From Chthoniobacterales bacterium (GTDB lineage Bacteria; Verrucomicrobiota; Verrucomicrobiia; Chthoniobacterales; Chthoniobacteraceae), in NCBI GenBank assembly GCA_038207335.1, contig JBBQZX010000019.1, positions 48,681 to 112,680 of the forward strand: DNA of 64,000 bases, written 5' to 3'. Position 1 is the first letter of the stretch, and each line of letters opens with the position of its first letter. Below, piece after piece: positions 61,612 to 64,000 of this stretch. Both the position numbers and the translations under genes were made by a program. The notes under the pieces were generated by a model that was given only the letters and a program-made list of their open reading frames with translations, searched no databases and was not told where the DNA came from.

Positions 61612-61941
61612 TCATGCGACCTGAAGCTTCGCCGTGACGTATCGAGTGCGGTCGAGAATCGAATTAGCCGCCTCCACGGGCACGAGTTTGATCAGTTCGC
61701 GAATGCTAAACTCCTGCTGACCTACGACCTCGATTCCGAGGACCCTTCCTTCCGCGTCGAAGTCGAGCATCACGAAACCATCCTCGGAACCAAATGGCTC
61801 GGTGCGGGCAACTTTTCCCTCCCGGAGGCGGATATAGGCGGCGGTCGCCTCCGTATCGATCTCGACCACCGGCGGCTCGGTGATGGTGATGACGAACCCG
61901 TGAGGGTCAGTTCCAGTATCAGGTGATGATCCAGCACTCAT
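61612..61941 (-). CDS. DUF2283-family putative antitoxin
   Basis: DTEATAAYIRL..GKVART...LDFDAEGRVLGIEV; start uncertain. Confidence 0.75.
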   Translation of the reverse strand: MSAGSSPDTGTDPHGFVITITEPPVVEIDTEATAAYIRLREGKVARTEPFGSEDGFVMLDFDAEGRVLGIEVVGQQEFSIRELIKLVPVEAANSILDRTRYVTAKLQVA

Positions 61942-62045
61942 GCAGTTTGATTTCGGCGACTACGACAAGAGTCCTATCCTCGAATACTCGGAAGAACAAC
62001 CACAGCATGCTGCCATGATTTCCCCAGCGCGGTGAAGGGGAAAGG
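61907..62045 (-). pseudogene. Remnant of a DUF4258-like toxin gene upstream of DUF2283
   Basis: ...WLFFRVFEDRTLVVVAEIKLHECWIIT*YWN*: typical C-terminal 'IIT-x-Y' with an in-frame TGA at 61919-61921; no N-terminus. Confidence 0.5.
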
Positions 62046-62070
62046 AATGCGAGTCACTATGCCGAACAAC

Positions 62071-62325
62071 TCAGCGATACACGTCCCGGCGGTGGCGAAC
62101 GCGATAGACTCGAACCACTCGAACCATGTCAGCGATCTCGTAAAGAACGCGGTAGTCGCCGACCCGAATCCGCCAGTTGCTCTTGCTTCCCGCCAGCTTC
62201 TTTGATCCCGGCGGCCGAGGATCAGTAGCGAGGACGGAAATTCCTTCGATCACGCGATCGTGAACCTCATCGGACAGTCGCCGCAGGTCCTTTTCCGCAG
62301 TGCGTTCAAGGACAATCTCAAACAC
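62071..62325 (-). CDS. RelE/ParE-family toxin
   Basis: AEKDLRRL...PRPPGSKKL..WRIRVGDYRVLY...HRRDVY. Confidence 0.93.
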   Translation of the reverse strand: MFEIVLERTAEKDLRRLSDEVHDRVIEGISVLATDPRPPGSKKLAGSKSNWRIRVGDYRVLYEIADMVRVVRVYRVRHRRDVYR

Positions 62326-62524
62326 GGGCCTTCCGACGCTCGGCGAGATAGTCTTTCATCGGACGAAACGAAAGCGGCTTGGTGCGTGCCTCTTTCAGAT
62401 AGGCAACGTCTTCGGCATCTTCCAATCGTTCGAGCAGCTCCTCATACTCCTTGATGGGGATGATCACCGAGACGGGCTTGCCCTTTCTGGTGATGATCTC
62501 GGGTTCGGCGAACGCAGCTTTCAT
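62318..62524 (-). CDS. Phd/YefM-family antitoxin
   Basis: IITRKGKPVSVIIPIKEYEELLERLED; overlaps relE. Confidence 0.88.
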   Translation of the reverse strand: MKAAFAEPEIITRKGKPVSVIIPIKEYEELLERLEDAEDVAYLKEARTKPLSFRPMKDYLAERRKARV

Positions 62525-62582
62525 GGGCGGAGGATACCTGACTTAAGCCTTCGCGTAAACCTCTGCGCCTTTCTCCACAAAT

Positions 62583-62662
62583 TGACTCGGTTGCTCCCAC
62601 AGCCTCGGCCTGCGGCCGTCTGCTTCGCAAAAGTCTTCTCGCTCGCCTCCCGGCGGCTCGAA
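62583..62662 (-). mobile_element. 80-bp multi-hairpin miniature insertion (copy C)
   Basis: aagga|ttcgagc...ccgagtca|atttgtg; hairpins cgcc-ggga-ggcg, tgc-gaa-gca, ggcc-gca-ggcc. Confidence 0.8.
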
Positions 62663-62674
62663 TCCTTCGACTTT

Positions 62675-62737
62675 TGACTCCGCTGCGCTCCGCCCTCTCG
62701 GGCAATGCTCCGCATTGTCCATCGCGCTACGCTCGGT
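62675..62737 (-). mobile_element. 63-bp multi-hairpin miniature insertion (copy D)
   Basis: gagga|accgagc...cggagtca|aaagtcg; hairpins gc-gta-gc, caatgc-gga-gcattg, gccc-gaga-gggc, gc-gca-gc. Confidence 0.8.
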
Positions 62738-62796
62738 TCCTCCATCCCTCTCGCCAGCGCGGCTTCTTCGATGTTCTCTTTCAAGGGTGACGAGCC

Positions 62797-63558
62797 TTAT
62801 GGGCGATTCCCGCGCGCTTCGGCAAGTCGCATGGCTTCCAACTCCCGCTTGAGTGGTTCCCAATAGGTGCGGTCTTTTGACATTTCCTCTCGCACCTCGG
62901 CATCCAGTGCCGCGGCGAGGGCATCGCGGTCGAGGGATTGCGCGGCGTTAAGCAGGGGGCGGCGAGGTGAGAGGATGTGCGCTTCTGTCGGGAATCGGCG
63001 GATGAGTTCCAAGAGCAGCTCGGGAGATCGACCTTCGAGGAGCCAGAATTCGATCCAGTCCGCGCGCGGCGCGTCGGCATTCTCGCGATAGTGGATGTTC
63101 ACGAGCAAGTCGATCACCGGCCAGTCCCGGCTCCGCTGCGTCTTTTTTGCCTGAACGAGATCGGGGATGCAGAGGAGATCGAAGATCATGCCGGTGTCGT
63201 CGGCGAATGACGTGCGGCGATCCCACAGCACGTCGAAGGGCGGCAGGTCGCGGAGCCGGACCATCACATCCACTCGCAGTTCCTCGACGCCAGCGGCGGA
63301 GCAACGGAAGTGAACGGCGTGGCCGCGTTCGAGGGCTGGAACATCGAAGGGCGGCACCGCGATGCGCCGGGCATCGAGTGCGCTCATGGCGGCGAGGAGC
63401 CGCTCGTAATTTGCGGAGTCGGCGAGGAGGACGAGATCGATGTCCTTGCTAACCTGCGCCGCGCCGTAAAACACGCAGGCCTGCCCGCCCATGAGCAAAG
63501 CCTGGACGCCATTCGTCCGGAGCGTAGAAAGGACTTGTCGGATCGGGGTCGGGATCAA
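62797..63558 (-). CDS. Pol-beta-superfamily nucleotidyltransferase-like protein (putative toxin/Abi-like)
   Basis: LMGGQAC..YG...SKDIDL (GG...DxD), VDVM, LVQAKKTQRSRDW; TTG start assumed. Confidence 0.75.
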   Translation of the reverse strand: MIPTPIRQVLSTLRTNGVQALLMGGQACVFYGAAQVSKDIDLVLLADSANYERLLAAMSALDARRIAVPPFDVPALERGHAVHFRCSAAGVEELRVDVMVRLRDLPPFDVLWDRRTSFADDTGMIFDLLCIPDLVQAKKTQRSRDWPVIDLLVNIHYRENADAPRADWIEFWLLEGRSPELLLELIRRFPTEAHILSPRRPLLNAAQSLDRDALAAALDAEVREEMSKDRTYWEPLKRELEAMRLAEARGNRP

Positions 63559-63673
63559 GGCTGCCTCCCATCGCCAGATAGTTGGCAAAAATCTTTTCGC
63601 TCTCGCGGAAGCGTTCGATCGGCGTGAGCGCGAGCCAATCCTTCCATTCGCCGGGAAGTTCCTCGTAGGTCAT
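63449..63673 (-). CDS. Small hypothetical protein overlapping the nucleotidyltransferase gene (putative partner/antitoxin)
   Basis: MTYEELPGEWKDWLALTPIERFRES...GGSLDPDPDPTSPF; 59 nt downstream of the thiC stop. Confidence 0.6.
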   Translation of the reverse strand: MTYEELPGEWKDWLALTPIERFRESEKIFANYLAMGGSLDPDPDPTSPFYAPDEWRPGFAHGRAGLRVLRRGAG

Positions 63674-63732
63674 GGGGTTCCATTTAGCAGCATCCGGGCA
63701 TCGGTCCAAGGTGAGTTATCAGGGCCGTCGGT

Positions 63733-64000
<268 letters not shown>

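Larger units (their letters stand above)
62543..62769 (-). repeat. Diverged copy of the thiC 3' end (copy 2), interrupted by two inserts
   Basis: With the inserts removed it reads [27 protein letters not shown]. Confidence 0.92.

Noticed and set aside
61373..62863. ORF-track calls 61373-61615, 62521-62784, 62543-62863 and 62442-62705 as genes
   Set aside because: They are read-throughs of thiC tail copies and hairpin inserts, not independent genes.

Overview
GC-rich bacterial chromosomal window, probably Verrucomicrobiota (PVC superphylum). This is inferred from the PVC-type CxxCH heme protein, the DUF1549/DUF1553 and DUF1501 genes, sulfatases and large modular surface proteins. Positions 1-57.2 kb hold housekeeping and metabolic genes (clpP, tig, icd, rsmI, lptE, bamD-like, fcl, deoB, zwf/opcA, rlmN, recN, rplQ, rpoA, two ECF sigma factors, two-component genes) mixed with large secreted proteins. 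The notable part is 57.4-64 kb, between thiC and rpoA. The 3' end of thiC is followed by three more diverged, co-oriented copies of itself, with mostly synonymous changes, plus a possible 9-bp fourth remnant. Each copy heads a tightly packed cassette: a nucleotidyltransferase pair; Phd/RelE plus DUF4258/DUF2283; DUF2281/MazF; and an RNase-H-like protein plus Ser/Thr kinase. This looks like an integrase-free cassette array that grows at the thiC 3' end. The region also holds four 63-84 bp multi-hairpin mini-elements, all at GA^A sites, and an IS200-type Y1 transposase with three ~100-bp structured repeats. Kilobase-scale flips of extreme G/C skew occur across the window independent of gene strand. 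No tRNA, rRNA, CRISPR array or integrase was recognised. All family assignments come from motif recognition by eye, not database searches.
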